Shown piece after piece: positions 19,066-28,165 of a stretch of DNA of 42,683 nt. Below the pieces are notes generated by a model, which saw nothing but the letters and a program-made list of their open reading frames with translations, did no database searches and was not told where the DNA came from. Each line of letters begins with the position of its first letter. Position 1 is the stretch's first letter. This DNA comes from Candidatus Saccharimonadia bacterium (GTDB lineage: Bacteria > Patescibacteriota > Saccharimonadia > Saccharimonadales > UBA4665), in the NCBI GenBank assembly GCA_023268595.1, contig JALQUD010000003.1:1-42683 (forward strand). The letters run 5' to 3'. The position numbers and the translations under genes are program-made.

Positions 19066-21005
19066 GCTTCATGATGCGGCCGGGCGACAGTCTGACGTTG
19101 GCTTACACCAAGTTACGCATGCGGCGCATACGTTTGGCCATCACCCTGGTCGTGATGTCGTTGCTATTTGCCGGCCTGGTATTTCTGAGTATCGTGCTAA
19201 GCGGCGCCGTCAATAGCATGAACGACTTTGGCAAGGAAGGCCTGGGCGGGCGCTACATAGTTCGCGCCACACCGTTCACATACGCCCCGTTCGACAACCA
19301 GAAGCTGGTTGACACAGTTTCCGGTGACAACGCCAGACTGACCAGCCAAAAGGTCGCCCTCGCCAAAAAGTACGGTTTGCAATACGAACCCCAAACCGAC
19401 CAGACACTACCATTACAGCAGATCCAAACCGGTCCGGGAGCAGCCGATATCAAGCCGATGGCCAACCCATCGTCACCTTTGGTCGTGGCCGCTCTCAAGC
19501 AGCAGAATGCCTCGCTTAACAACAGCTTCCAAGATTTCAGTACCCGTGCACAACGGCAGGGAGCCATTCATACGTTCCTATCGACAACGCCCGACCACAC
19601 ATCGGGCGCAAGCCAGTACAGCTCTTTGCAAGTACTGAAGGACGGCAAGGAAACTTATGATTCCGACCCATCACGCCAATACGACACCTCCGGACTTGGA
19701 TCGATAACCTCACTCGGCTGGAACCAGATGGATTCCGAACTGCTCAAACCGTTCATTCTACCTGGACAGTCTCTGGCCGTAGGCAGTGACGGCAGCATAC
19801 CGGTGACGGCACCGCTCAGCGCCGTAGAGCAGATCACCGGCATTACGAAACCGGGTATCAACGCCACCAGCAAGCAGCGGCTGGACCATCTAGTAAATAT
19901 CCGCCGGGCTGCTGCCGGAAAGACAGCGGCTATCTGCTACCGTAATGCCGCCTCGCAGGAACTCCTCCAGTCCGCCATCCTCCAACAAAAGGATATTGAG
20001 GCCAATAGAACCAAGAAGGACTACACGATACCGGCATTGCAATACAATTTGCCAACGACCGCGTGCGGCGCGACGTCAATAAAGAAGGATGTCCGTACGG
20101 CCGAGGACAAAGCGAGCGAACAGCATCAGAAGGAATTGGACGCTATCACCACTCCGCAGCAGGAGCCAAAGCAGGGAATCATCACCGTCCGGATCGTCGG
20201 CATAACCGCCGATATGCTAGGTGCAGGCGATAGCAGCCTTTCCAGCGCCGGACTGTTAAGCTCCATCCTCATGACCTCGCCAGGCCAGGGGTGGATGTCA
20301 CCGATCGATGCGTTCAAGCCAGACAGCCTGGCGACTGCAGCACAAGGTGGCAACATCGGAGAACGGCCGTTGGACGGGCAAGCTTTCTATGCAGAATTCC
20401 CCGACCTGACGGCAGCCAAACGCTTCATAGAGAACACCAACTGCACGAGCGCTTCAAGCTCAGGGGAACCGGTTCCGGACGACTGTGTCAGATCGGGCGC
20501 CACATACACTGTCATGCCTTTTGGAAACAACGCCGGCGCCATAGAGGACACCCAGCGTATGGCATGGGAATACGGCCGCTATGTGCTACTGGCCATCGTC
20601 ATCATCGCAGCAGTCATCATGATGGGCACGCTCGGTAAGATCATTGCCGATAGCCGCCGCGAGACAGCCGTTTTCCGCGCGTTGGGTGCCCGCCGTATGC
20701 ACATAGCCCAGGTATATCTGACGTACACCGTATTAGTCAGTCTATTGGTAGCGTTTGTCTCATTCATATTCGGCAGCATCGGTGCGGTCATCCTGGATAG
20801 GCATTTCTCGGCCGACCTGTCGGTCAACGCGGTGCTGACGTACAACGCGGCTGATGTCACCAAGCAATTCAGCCTGTATGGCATAAACTTACTGCAACTA
20901 GGCGGAATAACCGGTTTGATCATACTGACGTCACTGCTCGCAGCCCTGGCACCGATCATCCTGAATATGCGGCGTAATCCTATCAAAGATATGCGTGAAG
21001 AATAG
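19062..21005 (+). CDS. ABC transporter permease (FtsX/MacB-like)
   Basis: N-terminal TM, large extracytoplasmic domain, RRETAVFRALGA, C-terminal TMs ending NPIKDMREE; overlaps the ATPase stop. Confidence 0.88.
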   Translation: MSFMMRPGDSLTLAYTKLRMRRIRLAITLVVMSLLFAGLVFLSIVLSGAVNSMNDFGKEGLGGRYIVRATPFTYAPFDNQKLVDTVSGDNARLTSQKVALAKKYGLQYEPQTDQTLPLQQIQTGPGAADIKPMANPSSPLVVAALKQQNASLNNSFQDFSTRAQRQGAIHTFLSTTPDHTSGASQYSSLQVLKDGKETYDSDPSRQYDTSGLGSITSLGWNQMDSELLKPFILPGQSLAVGSDGSIPVTAPLSAVEQITGITKPGINATSKQRLDHLVNIRRAAAGKTAAICYRNAASQELLQSAILQQKDIEANRTKKDYTIPALQYNLPTTACGATSIKKDVRTAEDKASEQHQKELDAITTPQQEPKQGIITVRIVGITADMLGAGDSSLSSAGLLSSILMTSPGQGWMSPIDAFKPDSLATAAQGGNIGERPLDGQAFYAEFPDLTAAKRFIENTNCTSASSSGEPVPDDCVRSGATYTVMPFGNNAGAIEDTQRMAWEYGRYVLLAIVIIAAVIMMGTLGKIIADSRRETAVFRALGARRMHIAQVYLTYTVLVSLLVAFVSFIFGSIGAVILDRHFSADLSVNAVLTYNAADVTKQFSLYGINLLQLGGITGLIILTSLLAALAPIILNMRRNPIKDMREE

Positions 21006-21027
21006 TTGGCATTCGAACACCCTCTAA

Positions 21028-21057
21028 AAAAAGGAAGCCCACTGGGGCTTCCTTTTT
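21028..21057. terminator. bidirectional intrinsic terminator
   Basis: AAAAAGGAAGCCC-ACTG-GGGCTTCCTTTTT between convergent genes. Confidence 0.9.
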
Positions 21058-21092
21058 CGGTATATCGGGCTGGTTAGCTGGTTTTAAGCTGC

Positions 21093-21701
21093 TTAGTACT
21101 GCTCACCCTTACTTGAGCTACTGGCGGCTGCCAGGTAGTTGGTGGCGTCGCTGGCCTTGATGTTGGCCTTGTACGTCGTCGTGGTGGTGTAGGTGGTAGT
21201 CGTCATGTACTCGATCTGAATGCTCAGATCGGACTTGTTCATGTAGGCTACCATCTGGTCACGCCAGTTCTCGTAGCTCGAACCGTGGTCCTGCCACATT
21301 TCCGGGTCCCAGTTGCCCCAGTCGGACTGCCAGTTTTCACCTTCCGGCGTCCAGCTTGGGTTGGAATTGTCGCTCTCCCACTGTGAGCCCATGCCGCCGA
21401 CGATTTCCATCATCTGGTTGCGCCATTGGCCATAGTCGGCTCCGTGATCCTCTTTATATCGGGTTGGCTCCCAGGCTCCCCACTCGCCACCGTTGCTGTT
21501 GCGGTCGTAGCCTTTGGAATCACCACCCTTGTGCTGACCGTGGTTCTGGTCGCCACCTTGGCCTTCGTCCATGCTCTGGGCGTTGACCGTACCGCTAAAG
21601 GTAGCCAGGCTACCTCCGACCGTCAAGGCGCTGAGCGCACCGACGGCTCCGGCACGGGTAATCGTCTTCTTAAGTTTGCTTGTGGTCTGAGTCGCTACCA
21701 T
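21093..21701 (-). CDS. secreted Trp-rich repeat protein of unknown function
   Basis: SD AGGAGG; signal peptide ending VNA; two WGxWxP...DHGxxYxxWRxQM repeats; Thr run. Confidence 0.7.
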   Translation of the reverse strand: MVATQTTSKLKKTITRAGAVGALSALTVGGSLATFSGTVNAQSMDEGQGGDQNHGQHKGGDSKGYDRNSNGGEWGAWEPTRYKEDHGADYGQWRNQMMEIVGGMGSQWESDNSNPSWTPEGENWQSDWGNWDPEMWQDHGSSYENWRDQMVAYMNKSDLSIQIEYMTTTTYTTTTTYKANIKASDATNYLAAASSSSKGEQY

Positions 21702-21901
21702 GAATGGTCCCTCCTGTCCTTACAAGCCGTCCGACGTTTATGAATTTGGTTGTCCGGACGACCAGCCAGACTATAAACAGGCTGGCGCATGGCGACTGCG
21801 AAAAATACCCTTGCGCGCCTACTGTATCCTGCCGTTGTAAAACGCAAATGAAGATGCCGGAGTTAATTCACCAGGTAAACAATCGATGCGGCGCTTAACC
21901 G

Positions 21902-21956
21902 TTGACAATTTTGGAACGGAAATATAATTTTCCACAGGGCAACTGCGTGGTATAAT
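21902..21956 (+). promoter_or_regulatory. tandem sigma70-type promoter candidates
   Basis: TTGACA (21902) with TATAAT (21923) at a short 15-nt spacing, plus an extended -10 TGgTATAAT (21948-21956). Confidence 0.55.
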
Positions 21957-22015
21957 TTACATTCTTCGCATACGACGAAGCATAGTTTCCGAACCTTCAG
22001 AAGGAGTGTGGTCCG

Positions 22016-22867
22016 ATGAGACTACGCAGACCGTTGGCCGCACTCGGCGCCGTACTGGTCATGATCGCCATGGCCGCATGCAGCAGCCCGACCGAAGCGG
22101 CACCGAAAGTGCAGCTGAAGAGCGGCGACACCGGCACGGACGTCAGCTACCCGCAGTGCGGCAGACAACTGCCCGCCGATCCGGGCGCGCTGGCAATCGT
22201 CGGCATCAACGGAAAAGTGGCCAATGTGCCCAATCCGTGTCTCCATGAGCAGCTGGAATGGGTGCGTGCCTCTGGCAAGCCGCTGATGCACTACGTCAAC
22301 CCATCCAATCCGGTGGGTGAGGATGTCGACAGCTGGCCGAAGCAGGGCGTCACGCCACATGGTATCTGTGACGGTTCACAGAAGCCGGCCTGTTCGTACC
22401 AATATGGTGTGGACCGCGTTACCCAGGATGTCACCCAGTTCCTTGGCGTCGACCGCCTGGCCGACGGCACGATGGTCTTCATTGCGGTGGAGCACAGCTT
22501 TTCATGGGCCAACCAAGGTCCGCGTGCGTTAACCGATGAGGCTGCCGCCCACGCCAGCAACCTCGCCACCATCGAAGGCATGGTCAGCGCCATCCAGCGT
22601 TTCGGCGGCCAGCCGGGCATCTATTCCACCGGTAGCGACTGGCGTGAGCTGATGGGCAAAGACGTTGTTTCGGGCAACCGGTTGTATGGCATCCCCATAT
22701 GGATGCGCGGCGCGGCCAACAAGGCGGCATTGCCCGACACCTGCCGGCAGCCTAGCTTCACCGGCGGACGTGTAGTCATGGCCCAGGTGGCTGGCGAGAT
22801 GCGCAAGAAGAGCGACGAACCAGACTTGGCCGACCCGAATCCGCTGGATTTCAACCTGGTCTGCTGA
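22016..22867 (+). CDS. lipoprotein with a GH25/DUF1906-like (muramidase-fold) domain
   Basis: Lipobox AMAA-C; GTDVSYPQC, GIYST..W, P.W motifs; the usual DxE position reads AVE. Confidence 0.6.
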   Translation: MRLRRPLAALGAVLVMIAMAACSSPTEAAPKVQLKSGDTGTDVSYPQCGRQLPADPGALAIVGINGKVANVPNPCLHEQLEWVRASGKPLMHYVNPSNPVGEDVDSWPKQGVTPHGICDGSQKPACSYQYGVDRVTQDVTQFLGVDRLADGTMVFIAVEHSFSWANQGPRALTDEAAAHASNLATIEGMVSAIQRFGGQPGIYSTGSDWRELMGKDVVSGNRLYGIPIWMRGAANKAALPDTCRQPSFTGGRVVMAQVAGEMRKKSDEPDLADPNPLDFNLVC

Positions 22868-22922
22868 ACAAGCACCCATCCGACACCACATCCGAAACCA
22901 CACCCGAAGGAGTGATACTATG

Positions 22923-22982
22923 AACGGCAAGCGCCATCCGGACCCGCATCAACGGACATTCCCGATGGCCTTGCCGTTTTTT
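22923..22982 (+). terminator. long hairpin plus U-tract, probable intrinsic terminator
   Basis: AACGGCAAG-c-GCCATC pairs with GATGGC-CTTGCCGTT; T6 run at 22977-22982. Confidence 0.6.
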
Positions 22983-23009
22983 CATGTTTCACACGTTTTC
23001 ACGCATCGC

Positions 23010-24677
23010 TTACGAACCGATGGGTACGGTCTGGCCGCCAAGCTTCTTAGCGAAGTAGCTATCGTGAGAGATATAAATGACCGCGCCATGGTAGTCCTGC
23101 ATGGCCCGCTCCAATTCCTCGATGGATGGCAGATCCAGGTGGTTGGTCGGCTCGTCAAGGATGAGCAATTGCGGCTCATTGGCCAGCATGCGGATAAGCT
23201 GGAAGCGGGCTTTCTGGCCACCGCTCAACTGCGACACCGGCATGGCGCCGTCACTCTCCGGGTTGAACAGATAGTCACCCAGGAAACGCCGGATGCGCTG
23301 GTCGCTGACCGGCAGGTCCTTATCGCGCAGCACCTGTTCCAGGGCTGCATACAGCGTCATATCCAAGTACTTCTCATCGATTTCCTGCTGGTAATGGCCG
23401 ACGTTGATGCCGGTTTCCACGGCGATCGTGCCGCCGAAGCGATGCGAAGCCAGCGCCGACTCAGGCCGGCCAGCGGCCTTGGCCATGATGGCGTCCACCA
23501 GCGTGGTCTTGCCAGCGCCGTTGCGTCCGTGCAGACGGACACGCTCACCCTCGTGCAGCTCAAAGCTGACGTCACCGAACAGGGGAGTGTCACCATAACC
23601 GAGCGACAGCTTTGAGACCTGCACCAACAGTCTGGAAGAGCGGCTCTTTTCCTGACGGGCATCCAACCGGATGTTCTGCGCCTTGTATTTACCATATGCC
23701 GCGGTCATCTTCTCGTTCAGATCCTCGGCCGAATCCTGATCGATCCAGAACGATGGCTTCTCGGTCTGTTCCAAGCGGGCCAGTTCGGTGCGGGCTTTTT
23801 CTTCCTGGCTCTTAAAGCGGCGGATAGTGCCCGGGTCACGCGATTTCTCCTTGAGCCGCTGGAAGCGGATGATATCATCCCGCAGGTTGGCGATACGCCG
23901 TTGCACCAGGTCGAACTCATTGACCTGGTTGGTGATGCGGTCCTTATTGATGCGCAGATACTGGTCGTAATTACCCCGGTAGGTATGCGCCTGGCCATCA
24001 CGGATCTCAATGATACGGTCGACGCATTGCAGCACGTCACGGTCGTGGGTGATGACCATGACGGCTTCCTGGGTAGACTTGAGCCATTTGATGAAGGCCT
24101 CTTTAGCGATGTAGTCCATGTGGTTGGTCGGCTCATCGATCAGTGCCAGGTCGCCCCGGCTGCGCTGAACCTTGATCAGCTCCACCATCCGCTTCTGTCC
24201 GCCGGACAGGTCGTCCATCTTGGCATGCAGCTTGGCGGTGTCGATCTGATACGACTCGAATAGCTGGGCGATCTCGTCTTCCACCTGGTAGTAGCCGAGT
24301 GTGGCGAAGCGCTCCAAGGCCTCGCTGTAACGGGTGATTTTGGCGACATTGTCGCCCATATGGTCGGGATATGTGTCTATGATGTGGTTGAGTTCGGCGA
24401 ATTCCGGTAGGTCATCTTGGATATACCCCAGGACGGTCTTATCGCCCAGTCCATGGTGTTCCTGACGGCTGGAGATGACGATGGCATTGCGCTTGGTGGT
24501 GATGTCACCTTGATAGTCGGTGTCGCTACCGGTCACCATGTTGAACAGGGTCGACTTACCCATGCCGTTGCGTCCGACCAGCCCGACGATCTCGCCGGGT
24601 TGGATGTCAAAGCGCAGGTCATGATAGAGCGACTTGTCGCCAAAGGATTTTTCCGTGATGTCTACCGAAAGAAGCAT
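23010..24677 (-). CDS. ABC-F family ATPase (ribosome-associated)
   Basis: Two ABC domains (GRNGMGKST / GRNGAGKTT, LSGGQK, DEPTNH), YRGNYDQY linker, no TM. Confidence 0.93.
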   Translation of the reverse strand: MLLSVDITEKSFGDKSLYHDLRFDIQPGEIVGLVGRNGMGKSTLFNMVTGSDTDYQGDITTKRNAIVISSRQEHHGLGDKTVLGYIQDDLPEFAELNHIIDTYPDHMGDNVAKITRYSEALERFATLGYYQVEDEIAQLFESYQIDTAKLHAKMDDLSGGQKRMVELIKVQRSRGDLALIDEPTNHMDYIAKEAFIKWLKSTQEAVMVITHDRDVLQCVDRIIEIRDGQAHTYRGNYDQYLRINKDRITNQVNEFDLVQRRIANLRDDIIRFQRLKEKSRDPGTIRRFKSQEEKARTELARLEQTEKPSFWIDQDSAEDLNEKMTAAYGKYKAQNIRLDARQEKSRSSRLLVQVSKLSLGYGDTPLFGDVSFELHEGERVRLHGRNGAGKTTLVDAIMAKAAGRPESALASHRFGGTIAVETGINVGHYQQEIDEKYLDMTLYAALEQVLRDKDLPVSDQRIRRFLGDYLFNPESDGAMPVSQLSGGQKARFQLIRMLANEPQLLILDEPTNHLDLPSIEELERAMQDYHGAVIYISHDSYFAKKLGGQTVPIGS

Positions 24678-24758
24678 AGTAGTCTATTGTATCAGTTAAC
24701 GGCCTCGTGTGAGGTATTTACTTGTAAAATGCTTAAAGTTGTAGTATAATAAAATTAC

Positions 24759-25517
24759 ATGAATGGCAAGAAAATACCCGCGTACCACTTAGTCCAGGTC
24801 CATAAGCAGGCCATGCGCGTCCGGGGCTTCATACGCCCCAGCCTGGTAGCCGCGCGTGACTTCAGCCATAAGCACCGTTTGGCTACGTATGGCACCTTGG
24901 GTGTCCTAGCCATCGGTGTCGGTGCCGGCACTGCGGCACTACAAAGCAGCATGATGACAGACGGCAGCAGCCGTACCACCCTGACCGCCAGCACCAGTGG
25001 TTCAGAGACTAACCGTGGCGGCCAGGTTATCACTACGAGCCCTGGCAAGGCCGAGCAGTCCAGCCAGACCACGTCCAACGCGCAGGCAGCACCAGCTCAG
25101 AGCTCCACCGCAAGCCCGCAACCGTCGGCTCAGAGCCGTCCGGCCGAATCATCGCCAGCCGTGGCACCAGCAACTACTTCACTTTCGAAAGATACTCCTG
25201 CCAACCCCGGCATGGCCCTGACCGTCCAGCAACAAGATTACGTGGCCGACCAGCCGACGCAGAAATTCTATCTCAAGCTCAACCGTGCTAGCGGCTATGC
25301 CGCGAAAGTGACATCCGTAAAGACCAAAGTCACCGGCAACAGCATCACCTGCGACATGACAGCCCAGAACGGCGACGTCTACGAGCTGACCTGCAGCCGT
25401 CCCAACCCGGTTCCATCCGGCTCCACGGAATCCGGCACCATGACGGTCGTCGTCACGACTGATGCCGGCGACAACTTTGCCGCATCCACCACATACCGCC
25501 TGCCGCTTCCATCCTGA
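24759..25517 (+). CDS. hypothetical membrane-anchored exported protein
   Basis: One TM, Ser/Thr/Pro/Ala linker, beta-rich C-terminal domain with a Cys pair; TTGTAA-17-TATAAT promoter ends 8 nt before ATG. Confidence 0.7.
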   Translation: MNGKKIPAYHLVQVHKQAMRVRGFIRPSLVAARDFSHKHRLATYGTLGVLAIGVGAGTAALQSSMMTDGSSRTTLTASTSGSETNRGGQVITTSPGKAEQSSQTTSNAQAAPAQSSTASPQPSAQSRPAESSPAVAPATTSLSKDTPANPGMALTVQQQDYVADQPTQKFYLKLNRASGYAAKVTSVKTKVTGNSITCDMTAQNGDVYELTCSRPNPVPSGSTESGTMTVVVTTDAGDNFAASTTYRLPLPS

Positions 25518-25524
25518 ATTAAGT

Positions 25525-26424
25525 TCAGCCGCGTGGGGCAGGCTTCGGCTCGGCGCCTATCAACGCCATCCGTCCGAATAATTTGACTACCGGCTCGCCC
25601 TTGTTCAGCGTGAAGCTGTTCATCCGGATAGCGCTACGCGTCGACCGTCGCACTATCTCGTCGTAAGATTCCTGGTCGTCGGCACCTCGAAGCTCGTCAT
25701 ACGTATGCTTAGCCATGCCCCTCATGACAGCTACCGCCCGGGCGACCGACAATGCTCCGGTACGTAACACGGCACGGTTGCCACTCATCATCTCGGTCGC
25801 CAGCCGGCGGGAGACAAAACTGATATGCTGCGAAACATTGTCATAGTCGCCGCCCGGGCGCATATAGCTCTCGGTAACACCCGACTTGATCAAGCTCGGC
25901 GGTAAATCCTTGACGATATGGTTAGTCAGACCGCCAGCGATAAGTTGGATCGGCGGTGATGCCAATTGGACGGCCGGCTCATCGAACGAACGCCGCCACA
26001 GCTGGTCACTACCCCAGGCGATACTACGGGCCTTCTCCATGTCACCAGCCTGCCAGGCCTTGCCCCAGGCTACCAGATCATGGCTTGGATTGAACCATTC
26101 CTGTGCGAAATAATTAGCCTGCCTGATCAGGACGTCGGGATTCTCGATACGGGGTAGGTGGGCGACTTCCGGCTTGCCGTCCATGACATCGCCCAACAGA
26201 TGCGTCAGCTCACCATACACGAAGCCGAAGACGCCTTGGCGGCCGACCCGCGGCATGGCTTCCGACACTGCGAGGAAACGGTCGCCGAGTTCGTGCATGC
26301 CGACTACCTCGGGCTCACCGCCAGGCTGCACCCGGTCCGGCAAGGCGTCATCAAGCGCGTCATAATCTGGCGCATACATGCCTTCTAGTACTCGGTCCGG
26401 GCGATAAGCTTCTGGTAAAGGCAT
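25525..26424 (-). CDS. hypothetical protein, distant DUF5995-like
   Basis: F..VY..LT, FA..W, W..SF and G.TNHIVKDLP resemble the GxNAHINxDL pattern; start at MPLPE chosen to avoid overlap with the divergent gene. Confidence 0.5.
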   Translation of the reverse strand: MPLPEAYRPDRVLEGMYAPDYDALDDALPDRVQPGGEPEVVGMHELGDRFLAVSEAMPRVGRQGVFGFVYGELTHLLGDVMDGKPEVAHLPRIENPDVLIRQANYFAQEWFNPSHDLVAWGKAWQAGDMEKARSIAWGSDQLWRRSFDEPAVQLASPPIQLIAGGLTNHIVKDLPPSLIKSGVTESYMRPGGDYDNVSQHISFVSRRLATEMMSGNRAVLRTGALSVARAVAVMRGMAKHTYDELRGADDQESYDEIVRRSTRSAIRMNSFTLNKGEPVVKLFGRMALIGAEPKPAPRG

Positions 26425-26558
26425 CGAGTTGTGTCGCGTCCTTCCGGCGGAATTGCCGCCACGTATTACATGCGCACATAGTATACACCGCTTATGTCGA
26501 ATTGCGCAGTGAAGCGCTTCGCTGCAAGGGGGTTGCCAGTGAGTGATAAAATACATGC

Positions 26559-28157
26559 ATGTCAAAAGCGGCAGCAGCCACGAGTACGCAGGGGGTCAAG
26601 GGAAATACGACGGACATTCAGGCCGGGGCTGCTTCGCAAAGTGAAGTTATCAACGACCAGCTGCACCTGTTGGAGGAACGGACCAAAGCCCTGGAAGAAG
26701 CCCAGGCGCTGACCCACCTCGGGAGCTGGCAATGGGATGTCGCCACCGGCAAGATAAGCTGGTCCGACGAGCTGTACCGCATATACGGACTGAAGCCGCA
26801 GATACGCGAAGTCGGCTTCGTAGAGTTCATGGGCATGATCCATGATCAGGACCGCGACCGGGTGCAAACCATAATCGGCCAGGCTAGCCAGGATGGCAAA
26901 CCATTCGAGTTCCGTCACCGCATCGTCCAACCGGACGGCACCGTGCGGCGGCTACTCGGTATGGGTAAAGTCGAGAAGGATGCCAGTGGCGCCATCACCC
27001 GCATGATTGGCACGTCGCAGGACATCACCGACCAATGGGACGCTGAGCAGGCTTTGCAGCGCAGTGACCGCCGCTTCCAGGCTGTCACCAACGCCACGCA
27101 CGACCTGGTGTATGACATCGACCTGCAGGATGACACCATCTGGTTCAATGAGATACTGCAGGAAGAGTACGGCTACGATAAATCAGCCAACGACCGCTCG
27201 ATGAAGTGGTGGCTGGAACGGCTGCACCCCGAGGATGGCGGCGCCGTAGCCAAGCAAGTCCAGGAACTTATCGCCAGCCGCCAGCAGCGCAGCTGGATCA
27301 CCGAATACCGTCTGCAGAAAGCCGATGGCACCTATGCGTTGGTGCGCAACCGGGCGTTCATGCTGCTCGACCCATCCGGCGAACCGGAACGGATCATCGG
27401 CTCGTGCCTGGATATCACCGAAGCCCGGCAGCTGGAGCGCGCCAAGGACGAATTCATCTCACTGGTGTCACACCAGCTACGCACACCACTGACCATCATC
27501 CGGCTGTACGGCAACATGCTCACCGACGGCATTGTCGGCGAGCTACAAAGCGAACAGAAGGGCTACGTTGGCAAGATTACCGATGCCAGTATCCGGCTCA
27601 TCAAACTGGTCGGCGATATCCTGAACATTTCCCGGTTGGAACTCAACCGTATAAAAATCGACCCGAAACCGACCGACGCCAACGCGCTCATCCAAAACTG
27701 CCTGGACGAGCTGGCACCGTTCGCACAGTCACGTGGCGCCACCATCCAGTACAAACCGGACGCCAGCATCGCTACGATCGACCTCGATGCCACGATATTC
27801 GGCGAGATCGTCAATAATCTGGTCAGCAACGCGCTACGCTACGTCCGTACCCACAAGGGCGAGGTACAGTTAACCTTTGCCAAGCAGCAACGGGGCTACG
27901 TACTGACCGTCAAAGACAATGGTATTGGCATTCCGCGCTCCGCCCAACCGCACATCTTCGAACGCTTCTTCCGGGCCCCCAACGCCGCCCGGGCCGACGG
28001 TGAAGGCACCGGCTTAGGTTTGTACTTGGTCAAGATGTTCGCCGAAGCGGCCGGTGGCAAAGCCTGGTTCAAAAGCGAAGTCGGCAAGGGCACTTCGTTC
28101 TACGTCCTGATTCCGCCGGAAGGCATGAAGGCGATCCGGCCGCGCAGCCAGGAATAA
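26559..28157 (+). CDS. PAS-PAS sensor histidine kinase
   Basis: GSWQWD..WSDELYRIYG PAS_3 domains; SHQLRTP, NALRY, DNGIG, GTGLGL; TGaTAAAAT ends 6 nt before ATG. Confidence 0.93.
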   Translation: MSKAAAATSTQGVKGNTTDIQAGAASQSEVINDQLHLLEERTKALEEAQALTHLGSWQWDVATGKISWSDELYRIYGLKPQIREVGFVEFMGMIHDQDRDRVQTIIGQASQDGKPFEFRHRIVQPDGTVRRLLGMGKVEKDASGAITRMIGTSQDITDQWDAEQALQRSDRRFQAVTNATHDLVYDIDLQDDTIWFNEILQEEYGYDKSANDRSMKWWLERLHPEDGGAVAKQVQELIASRQQRSWITEYRLQKADGTYALVRNRAFMLLDPSGEPERIIGSCLDITEARQLERAKDEFISLVSHQLRTPLTIIRLYGNMLTDGIVGELQSEQKGYVGKITDASIRLIKLVGDILNISRLELNRIKIDPKPTDANALIQNCLDELAPFAQSRGATIQYKPDASIATIDLDATIFGEIVNNLVSNALRYVRTHKGEVQLTFAKQQRGYVLTVKDNGIGIPRSAQPHIFERFFRAPNAARADGEGTGLGLYLVKMFAEAAGGKAWFKSEVGKGTSFYVLIPPEGMKAIRPRSQE

Positions 28158-28165
28158 AGTCCGAC

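Noticed and set aside
22920..23615. 231-aa plus-strand ORF with a good SD
   Set aside because: Almost entirely antisense to ABC-F, crosses a terminator-like hairpin and has no recognisable motifs; only the upstream signals are reported.
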